Shown here one piece after another: positions 1 to 10,406 of a stretch of 64,000 nt of DNA (within the stretch, counting starts at the first letter, position 1; each line of letters opens with the position of its first letter). The DNA lies in NCBI GenBank assembly GCA_002722515.1, contig PBMH01000036.1, positions 3,226-67,225 of the forward strand. The letters are read 5' to 3'. The DNA is from Alphaproteobacteria bacterium. Its GTDB lineage: Bacteria; Pseudomonadota; Alphaproteobacteria; UBA6615. Position numbers and translations under genes: made by a program. The notes beneath the pieces are model-generated. The model was given only the letters and a program-made list of their open reading frames with translations. It was not told the origin of the DNA and did not search any database.

Positions 1-334
1 ATTGACAACGACGAGTTTGTCGAACGCCGATCCTATTGGATAGACGGCTAAAATACGCGTCGTCTAGGGTGGGGTCTCGAGTAACAGAGGCCGCTGCGCT
101 GGTTATCCCAAAATTCTTGTCGTTTGCGCTCTGGATTAGCGTTGGGCTAGAGGTTTGAGTCGCACTGGACTTCAGTCCTCGGCGCGGGACCCTGGACATC
201 CGACGGCTCATGTTACCAAAACCAGTGAGGCATCGTTGCGGTATCGATAATGAAGCATTAATGCAGACTGATAAACTGGCAGCCTGTAGCGGTAATTCCC
301 AGCGCAAACATGGCAAAAGTGCACTAGGCTAGGT

Positions 335-2224
335 CTAGGTGACCCTCTGTATGCGGCCACGCCGGGATTTTTGGAATATATCGTCTTCTTCGTCGAACAG
401 TTCTGCCAGCTGATCCATCACCGTACCGCCGAGTTGTTCGGCGTCCACGATCGTAACCGCGCGCCTGTAATAGCGGGTCACATCATGGCCGATGCCAATG
501 GCAAGAAGCTCGATCGGCGAATAGGTTTCGATATGTTCGATGACCTGCCGCAGGTGGCGCTCAAGGTAGTTACCGGCATTCACAGACAGGGTGGAATCGT
601 CGACCGGTGCTCCGTCTGAAATGATCATCAGAATACGCCGTTGTTCCGATCGTGCCAGCAAACGATTGTGCGCCCACAATAAGGCTTCACCGTCGATGTT
701 TTCCTTCAAAAGTCCCTCACGAAGCATCAGGCCCAAATTCTTGCGGGCTCGGCGCCAAGGGGCGTCTGCAGACTTGTAGATGATATGGCGCAGATCATTG
801 AGTCGTCCTGCGTTGGCCGGCTTGCTGGCGGCAAGCCATTTTTCGCGCGACTGCCCGCCCTTCCATGCGCGGGTGGTGAAGCCAAGTATCTCAACCTTCA
901 CGCCGCAGCGTTCGAGTGTCCGCGCTAAGATATCAGCGCTCATGGCTGCGACAGAGATTGGCCGGCCACGCATTGAGCCCGAATTATCGATTAGCAGCGT
1001 GACGACGGTGTCGCGGAAGTTTGTGTCCTCTTCCATCTTGAACGACAGCGGGTGGGCTGGGTTGGTAACGACCCGGGTCAATCGGGCGGTGTCGAGGAGG
1101 CCTTCTTCTAGGTCGAATTCCCAGTTCCGTGTTTGCTTTGCCATGAGGCGGCGCTGAAGGCGGTTAGCTAGCTTTGAAATCAAGCTCTGCAGATGTCCTA
1201 GCTGCTGGTCGAGTTGCTGGCGCAGGCGTGAAAGCTCGTCGGGATCGCACAGGTCCTGAGCCTCAACAATCTCGTCATGCTCTGTTGTGTAGGCGTCATA
1301 GATAAACTGTTCACCTTGGTTATGGCCATATTCGGGTGGGCGCCAGGGCTGTCCGGGGGCGTCCGGGTCTTCGTCGCCCGCACCCTGTTCCATGTCGCCG
1401 TCGCCGTCCTCGAACGGCATGTCCATTTCTTCGCTCTCTGCGCCGGCCTGCTCGTCTTCGCCTTCCCCATCCATGGCCTGGGTATCGCCGTCGCTCTCGC
1501 CCTCGCCCGTGCTTTCGCCCTCGGCATCGTCTTGGTCGTCCCCGCTATTGTCGTCGGAATCGGGTTCGGTCGCGAGCTCTTCCTCGGCCAGCCCGAGGTC
1601 GGAAATCATTTGCCGGATAACGTCCTGGAAGGCGGTCTGATCGTCGAGGCAGTCACTTAGGTCGGATAGGGCTGCGCCGATTTTGGATTCGATGAAGGGC
1701 CGCCAGACATTCACCATTGGACGTGCCGATGGAGGCGGTGGCGTGCCGGTCAGCGCTTCACGCGCCAGCATGGCGACCGCCTCGGAGACGGGTGCTTGGT
1801 CGCGCTGAGTCACGCGCGCGAAACCCTTGTTGCGGCTGCGCATCTCGTGCGCGGCGCTCAAATTATCGGCCACGCCGGACATACGGTTCGCGCCGATCGC
1901 TTCGACACGCGCCTGTTCGACGGCGTCATAAAGCGCGCGTGCGGCAGGCGCGGATGGCACACGAGCCTGATGCAACTCAGCATTGTGATGTCGATGGCGT
2001 AGCGCCAACGCGTCGGCCTCACCGCGCACCACACCGACATCCTCGGCCGGTAAATCACGGGCGGGCAGGGGCAGGCGGACTTCCTCGCCGCTTATGCTGG
2101 GCGGATCGGGTGTGAACGAGACCGTTAATTCCGGTTCACAGGCCATAGCGCGCATAGCCGCCGCCGTCACCCGTCTAAACTCCTCGACGGGGCCGTCATT
2201 GCTGCCTTTGTTCGAGCCCGTCAT
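335..2224 (-). CDS. cobT: CobT-like vWA-domain protein (cobaltochelatase subunit T family)
   Basis: 629-aa ORF with a long D/E-rich acidic linker ([18 protein letters not shown]...) and a C-terminal vWA/MIDAS-like '[11 protein letters not shown]'. It starts 7 nt after the CobS-like AAA+ gene on the same strand. Confidence 0.85.
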   Translation of the reverse strand: MTGSNKGSNDGPVEEFRRVTAAAMRAMACEPELTVSFTPDPPSISGEEVRLPLPARDLPAEDVGVVRGEADALALRHRHHNAELHQARVPSAPAARALYDAVEQARVEAIGANRMSGVADNLSAAHEMRSRNKGFARVTQRDQAPVSEAVAMLAREALTGTPPPPSARPMVNVWRPFIESKIGAALSDLSDCLDDQTAFQDVIRQMISDLGLAEEELATEPDSDDNSGDDQDDAEGESTGEGESDGDTQAMDGEGEDEQAGAESEEMDMPFEDGDGDMEQGAGDEDPDAPGQPWRPPEYGHNQGEQFIYDAYTTEHDEIVEAQDLCDPDELSRLRQQLDQQLGHLQSLISKLANRLQRRLMAKQTRNWEFDLEEGLLDTARLTRVVTNPAHPLSFKMEEDTNFRDTVVTLLIDNSGSMRGRPISVAAMSADILARTLERCGVKVEILGFTTRAWKGGQSREKWLAASKPANAGRLNDLRHIIYKSADAPWRRARKNLGLMLREGLLKENIDGEALLWAHNRLLARSEQRRILMIISDGAPVDDSTLSVNAGNYLERHLRQVIEHIETYSPIELLAIGIGHDVTRYYRRAVTIVDAEQLGGTVMDQLAELFDEEDDIFQKSRRGRIQRVT

Positions 2225-2231
2225 CGGGGCC

Positions 2232-3278
2232 CTACTGGGTCGGAGTCACTGCGATCACGCCATCTTCTAGCTCTGTGCCGAAACAGCGCTGGTAATACTC
2301 GGCCACTGTCGAGCGTTCGACCTCGTCGCATTTGTTAAGGAAGGTCACCCGGAAGCCAACCGGAATGGATTCAAAGATCTCGGCATTCTCGGCCCAGGTG
2401 ATTACGGTGCGCGGCGACATTACGGTGGAAATGTCGCCGGCGACGAAACCTGTACGGGTGAGCTCAGCGGTTGCGACCATGGCGGAAATCTTCTCGCGCC
2501 CTGCGTCGCCCTCGTAGCTGTTGCACTTCGCCATTACGATATCGACTTCCTGCTCATGTGGCAGATAGTTGAGGGTTGTGACGATGTTCCAGCGGTCCAT
2601 CTGTGCCTGGTTTATCTGCTGGGTGCCGTGATACAGGCCAGTCGTGTCGCCCAGCCCGACCGTGTTCGCCGTAGAGAATAGCCGGAAGCTCGAATGTGGC
2701 CGGATCACCTTGTTCTGATCGAGAAGGGTGAGCTTGCTGTCTGCCTCTAGTACTCGCTGGATTACGAACATCACATCCGGGCGGCCGGCATCATACTCGT
2801 CAAAGACGAGGGCGCAGGGATGCTGCAGCGTCCAAGGCAGGATGCCTTCGCGGAACTCAGTGACCTGTGCCCCGTCCTTGAGGACGATGGCGTCCTTGCC
2901 GATCAGATCAATGCGGCTGATATGGCTGTCTAGGTTTACGCGCACGCACGGCCAGTTCAGGCGCGAGGCGACCTGCTCTATATGGGTCGACTTGCCGGTG
3001 CCGTGATAACCCTGAATCATGACCCGGCGGTTGTGCGCGAAGCCGGCTAGGATCGCGAGCGTGGTGTCGTGATCGAATTGGTAGGTCTCGTCGAGGGCTG
3101 GCACATGCACTGTTTCCTCGGAGAAGGCCGGGACCTCCATGTCGGAATCGATGCCAAAAACTTGGCGAGCGGACACCTTGATGTCTGGCTCAGGGTTAGC
3201 AGGCATATCTGAGCTGGTGATCGATTCTGTTGCTTTCATAATCCGGTCTACTTTCGTCAAAAATTTTTTACTCGTCAC
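2232..3278 (-). CDS. cobS: CobS-like AAA+ ATPase (MoxR class)
   Basis: Walker A 'GYHGTGKST' and Walker B 'LVFDEYD'. N-terminus '[18 protein letters not shown]' is typical of the family. GTG start at 3278; alternative ATG at 3239. Confidence 0.85.
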   Translation of the reverse strand: MTSKKFLTKVDRIMKATESITSSDMPANPEPDIKVSARQVFGIDSDMEVPAFSEETVHVPALDETYQFDHDTTLAILAGFAHNRRVMIQGYHGTGKSTHIEQVASRLNWPCVRVNLDSHISRIDLIGKDAIVLKDGAQVTEFREGILPWTLQHPCALVFDEYDAGRPDVMFVIQRVLEADSKLTLLDQNKVIRPHSSFRLFSTANTVGLGDTTGLYHGTQQINQAQMDRWNIVTTLNYLPHEQEVDIVMAKCNSYEGDAGREKISAMVATAELTRTGFVAGDISTVMSPRTVITWAENAEIFESIPVGFRVTFLNKCDEVERSTVAEYYQRCFGTELEDGVIAVTPTQ

Positions 3279-3864
3279 GGCCCCGCTCGGGGCCGACCGA
3301 TTGCATCAGGGTTGCGTAGGCCTGGTTAATCTCCTTGAGACGTTCTTCCGCGACCTTGTCACCACCATTCGCGTCGGGATGGTGCTGTTTCACCAGCTCT
3401 TTATAGCGCTGTTTTATAGCGTTTTCGGTAATGGGAGGCGACAATTTCATTATAGAAAGAGCGTCAACGGTGGCGGAGTCCAGTCCCGCTTTTGCCGACG
3501 CTGCAGCGCCCGCCGCCGAGGAGCACATTTCTTCCTGAAAGAATCCGAAATCGTCGCGGATGCCTTCGCCCGTCCGTTGGCCGCTTATCGGCCATGTCGG
3601 CCGGTCCCAGAAGGTCTTGCTGTGACGGTCGGAGTTGATTTCATTCTCTGACATGCCGTCATAGTAATTCCAAGATTTGTTGTATGCGCGTACATGATCG
3701 AGGCATAACCAGATATATTCGCGCAGCTTCTCGCGTGACTGCGGGGCCCGGTATCTCCCTGGCAGATCGCAGCCAGATTCGGCGCAGGCGCGCTTGCCGG
3801 GCGTTCCGTAACTGCCTTCGGTAAGCAGGCCGTCCAAGTCGATGGGGTTGCGCCGTCGAGTCAT
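3268..3864 (-). CDS. J-domain (DnaJ-like) protein with Cys-rich N-terminal region
   Basis: C-terminal J domain with HPD motif ('[19 protein letters not shown]...INQAY'). Its 3' end overlaps the cobS-like GTG start by 11 nt. Confidence 0.8.
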   Translation of the reverse strand: MTRRRNPIDLDGLLTEGSYGTPGKRACAESGCDLPGRYRAPQSREKLREYIWLCLDHVRAYNKSWNYYDGMSENEINSDRHSKTFWDRPTWPISGQRTGEGIRDDFGFFQEEMCSSAAGAAASAKAGLDSATVDALSIMKLSPPITENAIKQRYKELVKQHHPDANGGDKVAEERLKEINQAYATLMQSVGPERGRDE

Positions 3865-3955
3865 GCGGGAAATATGTATCGTGTACCCCCGCGAGGCAAT
3901 AACTGCTCGGAAAAGGTTATGTGTCTTTGGGAAAGGCCAAATACTGGAGGTTTCA

Positions 3956-4240
3956 GTGAATCGTGCGGAACGAATCAGGGCGGCAGTGGAGGCCGCCTTC
4001 GAAGTGCAGCGGATCGAAGTGCGGGACGATTCGCATTTGCATGCTGGCCATGCGGGAGCCCGGCCTGAGGGCGAAACACATTTCGACCTTCTGGTTGTCA
4101 GCTCTGAATTTACCGGCCAGTCACGTGTGACGCGCCAGCGGGCGGTTTACGGTCTCTTGTCCGCGGAACTCGAAGGTGGACTACATGCATTGTCGATAAG
4201 AGCACTGACGCCTGACGAGGCTATAAAAGAAACAAAATGA
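3956..4240 (+). CDS. bolA: BolA family protein
   Basis: 'RDDSHLHAGHAG' and '...RQRAVY' are BolA signatures. GTG at 3956 follows GGAGG at 3946-3950. The ORF-track start at 3842 is probably too far upstream. Confidence 0.8.
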   Translation: MNRAERIRAAVEAAFEVQRIEVRDDSHLHAGHAGARPEGETHFDLLVVSSEFTGQSRVTRQRAVYGLLSAELEGGLHALSIRALTPDEAIKETK

Positions 4241-4330
4241 AACTATATGTTGCAAAGCTACCGTCCCTCTTTTACCTCGCTCGTGGCAATTATTCGTATG
4301 ACCCCACTAGGGGTTGGCCGGGCGTCTAAA

Positions 4331-4531
4331 ATGGTTGTAAAGCGCAACATTACTTTTGGTTCTCTGCGTACCAATGTGCGGCTGGAGCCAGAGTTCTGGG
4401 ATGCTGTGTCGGATATCGCCGCACGCGAACGTCTTGCGGTGGATCGCCTTTGTAAAGTTATTGACGCTAGCGCCGGGGTTATCGGCCGCGCACTAATCCA
4501 GCGCGGGCCCGTCATAATGATCGGGCCATAA
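4331..4531 (+). CDS. ribbon-helix-helix domain protein (COG4321/RHH_4-like)
   Basis: 'RTNVRLEPEFWDAVSDIAARERLAVDRLCKVID' matches the conserved core I recall for this small family. ATG at 4331 chosen. The C-terminal tail is atypical. Confidence 0.5.
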   Translation: MVVKRNITFGSLRTNVRLEPEFWDAVSDIAARERLAVDRLCKVIDASAGVIGRALIQRGPVIMIGP

Positions 4532-5056
4532 CTCCCTCACCTTCGGGCCGTCGCTGCGGAATGCATGGCATGTGTTGAGTAGGCGCGGCGGGCGAGTTGA
4601 CTTCGCCCGGCTCTCGGGCTGTTCCTTGTTCTTGATAGGGTAGATTGTCTGGAACGCCGTTGTGGCAACTGGGCCTAGCATCTCTACTATATGGGTGCAG
4701 CCCTCGACGCCGCCGACACGGTTGCGAACGCGCGTGCGCCAGCCCGGTCCGATGCTTAATCCAACCAGGCGTTCAAAGTTGGGCGCGATGTCTTTGCAGA
4801 GCGAGAACGGGCTGTATTCCGTAACTGCTTCAGCCTTGTGGATGTTTAGATCATCGTCCACGGTCAGGCGAATCCACATCTCGTGCACCGGTTCGCCCGG
4901 CGGAACGTCGCCGCGCTCCGTGTTTTGGAACGTGTAGCTCTTAACATCGATGAGGTGTCCCTCAACGTCCCACAGACCGTCGGTGCGCCGATAGCCGCTA
5001 CATTCTAGCGTTCGGGTGTGAATATGCTTCCGCTCCGCCGGGTTCGACAGTGGCAT
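4493..5056 (-). CDS. DUF2889 domain protein
   Basis: 187-aa ORF. The N-terminal 'RKHIHTRTLECSGYRRTDGLWDVEGHLIDVK' pattern matches DUF2889 as I recall it. Confidence 0.6.
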   Translation of the reverse strand: MPLSNPAERKHIHTRTLECSGYRRTDGLWDVEGHLIDVKSYTFQNTERGDVPPGEPVHEMWIRLTVDDDLNIHKAEAVTEYSPFSLCKDIAPNFERLVGLSIGPGWRTRVRNRVGGVEGCTHIVEMLGPVATTAFQTIYPIKNKEQPESRAKSTRPPRLLNTCHAFRSDGPKVRELWPDHYDGPALD

Positions 5057-5136
5057 GGGAATGATCCTCGTGGGTGATGTGAGATGTTCCGGACTATAGG
5101 TGTGTTTACGGTTCGGTCAAGAATCCGTCGGTCGGC

Positions 5137-6435
5137 CTAGGTCGTTATCGCCATGCCACTTGGCTTGGCTTCTACCGGACGCCGTGTGATCCGGAGTGAG
5201 CGGAGCTGGTTCCCGCTGCGGCGCAAGACGTCGACTTTTAGTCCCTCGATGTCGAAGCTCTGACCCTCCTCGGGAATGAAGCGCGTTTCGTGCAGCACCA
5301 GCCCTGCGATCGTCGACACCTCGTCGTCGGGTAGCTTCCAGTTGAATTCACGGTTCAGGTCACGGATCGTGACTCGGCCGTCGACAATAAAACTGCCGTC
5401 GCTCTGTCGGCGCATGCCCGGCACAGGAATATCGTGCTCGTCGTCGATTTCCCCGACGATCTCCTCGATAATGTCTTCTAGCGTCACGACGCCCTGTAGG
5501 GCCCCGTATTCGTCGACCACTAGGGCGAAATGTTCGCGCCGGTCGCGAAACTCATGCATCTGGCGCAGACAGTCAGTGGATTCGGGCACAAACCAAGGTT
5601 CAGTCGCAACGGTCCGCACGTCGATCTCGTCGATATGCCCGTCATGGCTCTGTACCTCGCGCAACAGTGCCTTGGCGTGAAGCACACCGATGATATTGTC
5701 GGGATCATCCTCATAAAGTGGAATGCGCGTGAACGGGCAGTCGAGAACCTTGGTTACGATCGCGCTCGGCGTAAGTGCTGCGTCCGCCATTTGTACATCC
5801 GTACGATGTGTCATGATTTGACCTATCTCCACATCGTCGAGGTCCATCACTCCGCCGAGCATCTGCCCTTCATGGGCAGCGACTATGTTGGTATCTGCAT
5901 GCAGGCGGATAGCACCGCGCAGCTCCTGCTCGCGCGCATAGTCCTCCCTGGCCGAGATTTGTCCGCCTTTTAGACCAAGCATTGCACCAACCACGGCCTC
6001 GATTGCGTGTGATAACGGCGACAGAACGGTAACTATCACGCGGATCGGTTGGGCGACCGTAAGGGCCACTTCGTCGGCGTGGCGGATGGCATAAGTCTTT
6101 GGTAAAACCTCAGAGAATATCACTAACAGCGTCGTCATCGCGACCGTTGCGTAAACCACACCTGCGTCGCCGAATAGGGTGATCATCATACTGGTTGCGA
6201 GCGCTGAGGCGAGGATGTTGACAATATTGTTGCTGATCAAGATGCCTCCGATCAGCCGTTCCTCCTGTGCGCGTAGTAAATTTACGGTGCCCGCACGTTT
6301 GTTCCCTTCGGTCTCGAGCTGGTGCATGCGCGGCCGCGAGGCGCCAGTAAGTGCCGTTTCGGAGCCTGAGAAAAATGCTGAAAGCGCCAGCAGAACGACA
6401 ATTATGATAACGATGATGGTGATGGGATCAGTCAT
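5137..6435 (-). CDS. HlyC/CorC (CNNM) family transporter: DUF21 membrane domain, CBS pair and CorC_HlyC domain
   Basis: N-terminal TM helices, a central CBS-type region and a C-terminal 'VVDEYGALQGVVTLEDIIEEIVGEIDDEHD' hallmark. Confidence 0.85.
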   Translation of the reverse strand: MTDPITIIVIIIVVLLALSAFFSGSETALTGASRPRMHQLETEGNKRAGTVNLLRAQEERLIGGILISNNIVNILASALATSMMITLFGDAGVVYATVAMTTLLVIFSEVLPKTYAIRHADEVALTVAQPIRVIVTVLSPLSHAIEAVVGAMLGLKGGQISAREDYAREQELRGAIRLHADTNIVAAHEGQMLGGVMDLDDVEIGQIMTHRTDVQMADAALTPSAIVTKVLDCPFTRIPLYEDDPDNIIGVLHAKALLREVQSHDGHIDEIDVRTVATEPWFVPESTDCLRQMHEFRDRREHFALVVDEYGALQGVVTLEDIIEEIVGEIDDEHDIPVPGMRRQSDGSFIVDGRVTIRDLNREFNWKLPDDEVSTIAGLVLHETRFIPEEGQSFDIEGLKVDVLRRSGNQLRSLRITRRPVEAKPSGMAITT

Positions 6436-6459
6436 TATTTATGGCCTGTCTTTGGTGTT

Positions 6460-7587
6460 TCAGGCTGCGACCATATCGGAAAGAAGACGTGAAATGTCAT
6501 CGAGCGTCACCTCGTTAGTGACGAAGGCATCGCCGATACCATTCGCCAGAATGAAGATGAGGCGCCCTTCCTGGACCTTCTTGTCGCGGCCCATATGGTC
6601 GAGCAGTATTGCTGGGTCCCAACCGTCGCCGTGGTGGGTGGGAAGTTTGACTGGAAGCCCGCATCTTGTCAGATGAGCGCGCACGCGCGCGCTGTCTGCA
6701 GCGGGGCAATGTCCAATCCTTGTGGAAAGTTCGAAGGCCGCGGCCATCCCGATTGCAACTGCCTCGCCGTGCAGCAACTCATTGCCGTAGCCCGTCTCAG
6801 CCTCTAATGCGTGGGCGAAGGTGTGTCCTAGATTCAGGAGTGCTCGGCGACCGGTCTCGCGTTCGTCCTGATTGACAATTTCCGCTTTCATTTCACAACA
6901 GCGCTCGATCGCCTGGATCTGAGGACCGGTTTTGCCATCGAGGATTGACGGTCCGTTCGCCTCAAGCCATACGAAGAAATCAACATCGCCTAGCAAACCG
7001 TATTTGGCGACTTCGGCATAGCCGGCACGCAGTTCGCGTGCCGATAGCGTCGCGAGGGTGTCGGTGTCGGCTATGACCAGGCGTGGCTGGTAGAAGGTCC
7101 CCACCAGGTTCTTTCCCCGATTGGAATTGATCGCGGTTTTTCCGCCGACCGAGCTGTCCACCTGGGCAAGCAGGGAGGTGGGCACCTGTACAAATTCGAC
7201 GCCGCGCAGCGCGATGCTTGCGGCGAACCCGGTTAGGTCGCCGATGACACCGCCGCCCAAAGCGATTAGTACGCTGCCGCGTTCAAGTCCGCCGCCGATC
7301 AGATTCTCCAGAAGGTCCTCGAGCACGGCATAGCTCTTGGACGTTTCCCCGGCTGGGACGGTGATCGTGCGGACCTGGTGGCCAGCGTTACGCAAGGCTT
7401 TCTCGACCCGTTTGGAATAGTGGGGGCTAACATTCGTGTCCGTGACAATTACGCAATGGCGCTCGCCAAGACGTTCGGCGAGCAATGTACCGGCGTCGTC
7501 GATCAGGCCCGGGCCGATTACAATGTCATATGACCGCGTACCTAAATCGACCCGAATTATACGCATGCTGTCTGCCGAGCTATTCAT
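6460..7587 (-). CDS. aroB: 3-dehydroquinate synthase
   Basis: 'GGGVIGDLTGFAA', 'LNLGHTFAHALE' and 'HGEAVAIGM' motifs. Overlaps the aroK stop by 4 nt. Confidence 0.92.
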   Translation of the reverse strand: MNSSADSMRIIRVDLGTRSYDIVIGPGLIDDAGTLLAERLGERHCVIVTDTNVSPHYSKRVEKALRNAGHQVRTITVPAGETSKSYAVLEDLLENLIGGGLERGSVLIALGGGVIGDLTGFAASIALRGVEFVQVPTSLLAQVDSSVGGKTAINSNRGKNLVGTFYQPRLVIADTDTLATLSARELRAGYAEVAKYGLLGDVDFFVWLEANGPSILDGKTGPQIQAIERCCEMKAEIVNQDERETGRRALLNLGHTFAHALEAETGYGNELLHGEAVAIGMAAAFELSTRIGHCPAADSARVRAHLTRCGLPVKLPTHHGDGWDPAILLDHMGRDKKVQEGRLIFILANGIGDAFVTNEVTLDDISRLLSDMVAA

Positions 7588-8189
7588 GATGTGGACGATG
7601 CCTCTTTCGTCTCTAAAAAATTTTCCAGAGCGTTGACAACGCGCTCAACGGTTACGTTAGGCGGGCTGTCGTCGCTTTCGACGGTTATGTCTGCTTGCGC
7701 ATAGAACGGATAACGGATCTCCATCAAGTCCTCTAACGTACGAGCAGGGTTGGCATTGTTAAGCAGTGGGCGGTTCGTCCTTTGCGCTGTGCGGCGAACG
7801 AGAGTGCTGAGATCGGCCCGCAGCCAGACCGAGATTCCCATTGCGGTTATAGCTGTGCGGGTCTCGTCATCCATGAACGCGCCGCCACCGGTGGCCAAGA
7901 CTTTGGGGCTTCCCTCCAGTAGCCTGGCGATCACCCGTCGCTCGCCATCTCGGAACTCTGCCTCGCCATGACGTTCGAAGAATTCGGAAATCGTGCATCC
8001 CGCAGCGGCTTCGATCTCGGTGTCGGCATCCACAAATGGCAGGTTGAACCGCGCTGCTAGGCCCCGCCCGACAGACGATTTTCCAGCTCCCATCAGACCG
8101 ACCATCACGATAGATCTCTCCAGCGAATATATTGTAACCTGGGGGTCGATGGTTTGGCTCGTGTCTTCGGCTTGTTCAGAATCACTCAT
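7584..8189 (-). CDS. aroK: shikimate kinase
   Basis: P-loop 'GLMGAGKSSVG' and 'FVDADTEIE...FRDGE' motifs. Operon with aroB. Confidence 0.9.
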   Translation of the reverse strand: MSDSEQAEDTSQTIDPQVTIYSLERSIVMVGLMGAGKSSVGRGLAARFNLPFVDADTEIEAAAGCTISEFFERHGEAEFRDGERRVIARLLEGSPKVLATGGGAFMDDETRTAITAMGISVWLRADLSTLVRRTAQRTNRPLLNNANPARTLEDLMEIRYPFYAQADITVESDDSPPNVTVERVVNALENFLETKEASSTS

Positions 8190-8352
8190 GCGCTGTTATC
8201 TTTATGCGATTAAACTTGGCGAAGGGTTCGCCGTGTTTTTGCCACTCTTTGGATGGCATACTAGGCGTTCGTGCTCGGCCTCGCGAGATCGAAACTATAA
8301 ATCGCAACGGCTGGCCATTAACTGTTCCGATTGGATTCATCGGGAGGATTAC

Positions 8353-8484
8353 TTGGGAAAGTATATCATCATCCTCTTTTTTGCCGTAATTGTCGCCGGA
8401 GGTGTGTTCCTTGCTACTTGGGACATTCCTGCGCCAGTCGAGAGCGTTGAGAAAATAATCTCCAACGACCGCTTCCCCCGCTGA
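8353..8484 (+). CDS. possible 43-aa single-pass membrane protein
   Basis: TTG at 8353 lies 4 nt after GGGAGGA (8342-8348). Hydrophobic helix 'YIIILFFAVIVAGGVFLATW'. The stop lies 8 nt before the next gene, which has no SD of its own. Confidence 0.35.
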   Translation: MGKYIIILFFAVIVAGGVFLATWDIPAPVESVEKIISNDRFPR

Positions 8485-8492
8485 CCGGTTCG

Positions 8493-10406
8493 ATGCGTTG
8501 CCCTGCTATAATTATTATTACATCCCTTGGGCTCTCAGCATTTGCCATGAACGCCCAGGCCCAACAGTCGGGCCCCATGCGCCTAGCGCCGGTAACAGAG
8601 GTGTCCGAAGACAAGTCGTCAGAAGAAACTCCTACCGAAACATCCGGCGCAGTTCTTATCCAGGGACTCGATGCGGTACCCGAGGATGCGGTGGGTGTGC
8701 TGTCGATCTTCGACGGGAGCCTAGGCGATGAGATGTGGGCTGGAACCGATTGGGCGACAGCCCTACGCCTTTTGGATGCATTGCCTGCGTCTTTTCCGAT
8801 ACTTGATGCCCGCCCTCTAGCACGGCGTCTACTTCTTTCCGTAGCAACACCACCGATCGGCGGGGCCGATAAATCGGGCCTCCTAGCCGCTCGCCTCGCG
8901 GGCTTGGTCGCGATCGGTGCGGCGGACGATGTTATCGACCTAGCGCGGGCGGTGAATTCGCGCGAGGTTCCCGATAATATTGCTACCTCGGTCGTCGCCG
9001 CACATTTTTTGCGTGGCGATACGGCGTCGGGCTGTGAGGTCCTTGACCGGTTCGGTGGCGGATATTCTGAGCTCTTCTGGCAAAAGGCGCGCATCATTTG
9101 CCAGATTGCCCGCGGGAAGGGGGCAGAAGCCTCACTTGGTCTCGACCTGTTGCGTGACGAGCGTGGCGAAACGGACTCATTGTTTCAGAATATTGCTTAC
9201 ACGGCCGCTGTCGGTTTGCCCGTTACGGCCGATCAGTTGATGCTCCCTAGCGACCCCGATATCCTTACGTTTGCTCTGATGAACGTAGCTGAAGCCGAAT
9301 TGCCGGACTGGGTTGTAGGGTCGGATGACCCCGCGATTATGCGGGCGGTATTGGCGTCGCAGCGTGTTGATGTGCCGCGTAAGCTCGCGCGTGCCCACGA
9401 AGCACTGCGTTCGGGCCGAATCGGTGCGGACGAGGTGGCCATCCTCTATGAAGAGCTGACCATAGATGACGAGACCGTTTCCGACGCCTTGCTTGACCCT
9501 GAGTCCGTCGAACTCGACCTGCGGCTCGCCTGTCTTTATCTCGCCGCGCGCAACCAGGGCGTCGCCGTTGCTCGTTCGGAGGCGCTGTGGGAGGCTTGGA
9601 CATTGGCAAAGGCGGTGGAACTAGACGATGTCGTCATGGCTACCACCGCGCGGTTGCTGAGCGGTGTTCCGGTGACGGCTGACTTTGGATGGCTCGCCGC
9701 CGGCGCTACCCGTGCCGCGTTGCTCGCGGGAAAGGATGCACTCGCCGTCAGTTGGTACCAGTTGGCTTTGCGCCAGGGCCGATCTGATGCCGACATAGCC
9801 CGTGCTACTGTGATGATGTGGCCCGAAATGCGGGTTGTCGGTCGAACTCTTTCCGCTGCTGATGTTTCCTCCGATGATGCACTGGGGGCCGCCGCCATTT
9901 CGAGTATTACGCCGGTTGCCGGCGAGACGGGCGCTACCGTGCCGACAACCCAGTCCGCCGGTGTAGCCTCGGTCAAGGCGCGCGCGCCGGTCCCTTGGAG
10001 TGCGGCGCGACTATCGCGTTGGATTGACCTCGCCGATAACAATCTGGGTATGACTGATATTGGCACCGTTCTTTACCTGCTGCAGGTTTTCGGCGATCCG
10101 GTGAGCGAAACGCAGTGGGCGCGTGCACCCATAGTCGACAATAACGGTTTAGGTGACAAGGTGGGTAAAGCCTCCGGCAACCCCAAAGCAATGCCCAGCG
10201 TAGCCGCGCTTGCCGGCTTGGCGCGCGCGTCGGCGGCGGGTCGGCGCGCGGAGACGGTGCTCTACGCCATGATCGTCCTCGGCCAGGTGGATGAAAGCCC
10301 ACATGCGGGGATTGTAGGAAGTGTAGTCCGCGGTCTGCAGCGCGTTGGACTGGATACCGACGCTCAGGCGATTGCTCGTTCCTTACTGGTTACTCGTGCG
10401 CAATGA
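8493..10406 (+). CDS. secreted Ala/Leu-rich hypothetical protein (637 aa)
   Basis: Sec-type signal peptide 'MRCPAIIIITSLGLSAFAMNAQAQQ'. The long ORF shares an ATGA stop/start overlap with xerD. No domain recognised. Confidence 0.7.
   Translation: MRCPAIIIITSLGLSAFAMNAQAQQSGPMRLAPVTEVSEDKSSEETPTETSGAVLIQGLDAVPEDAVGVLSIFDGSLGDEMWAGTDWATALRLLDALPASFPILDARPLARRLLLSVATPPIGGADKSGLLAARLAGLVAIGAADDVIDLARAVNSREVPDNIATSVVAAHFLRGDTASGCEVLDRFGGGYSELFWQKARIICQIARGKGAEASLGLDLLRDERGETDSLFQNIAYTAAVGLPVTADQLMLPSDPDILTFALMNVAEAELPDWVVGSDDPAIMRAVLASQRVDVPRKLARAHEALRSGRIGADEVAILYEELTIDDETVSDALLDPESVELDLRLACLYLAARNQGVAVARSEALWEAWTLAKAVELDDVVMATTARLLSGVPVTADFGWLAAGATRAALLAGKDALAVSWYQLALRQGRSDADIARATVMMWPEMRVVGRTLSAADVSSDDALGAAAISSITPVAGETGATVPTTQSAGVASVKARAPVPWSAARLSRWIDLADNNLGMTDIGTVLYLLQVFGDPVSETQWARAPIVDNNGLGDKVGKASGNPKAMPSVAALAGLARASAAGRRAETVLYAMIVLGQVDESPHAGIVGSVVRGLQRVGLDTDAQAIARSLLVTRAQ

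Noticed and set aside
1198-1660. Several 80-130-aa ORFs on both strands inside the cobT acidic-linker region
   Set aside because: They arise from the repetitive GAx/GGC codon run that encodes the D/E-rich linker. They are Arg/Pro/Ser-rich and show no independent signals.
8414-9097. 227-aa minus-strand ORF
   Set aside because: It lies entirely antisense to the signal-peptide-bearing 637-aa gene, has an R/S/A/P-biased composition and has no RBS. It is a high-GC artefact.
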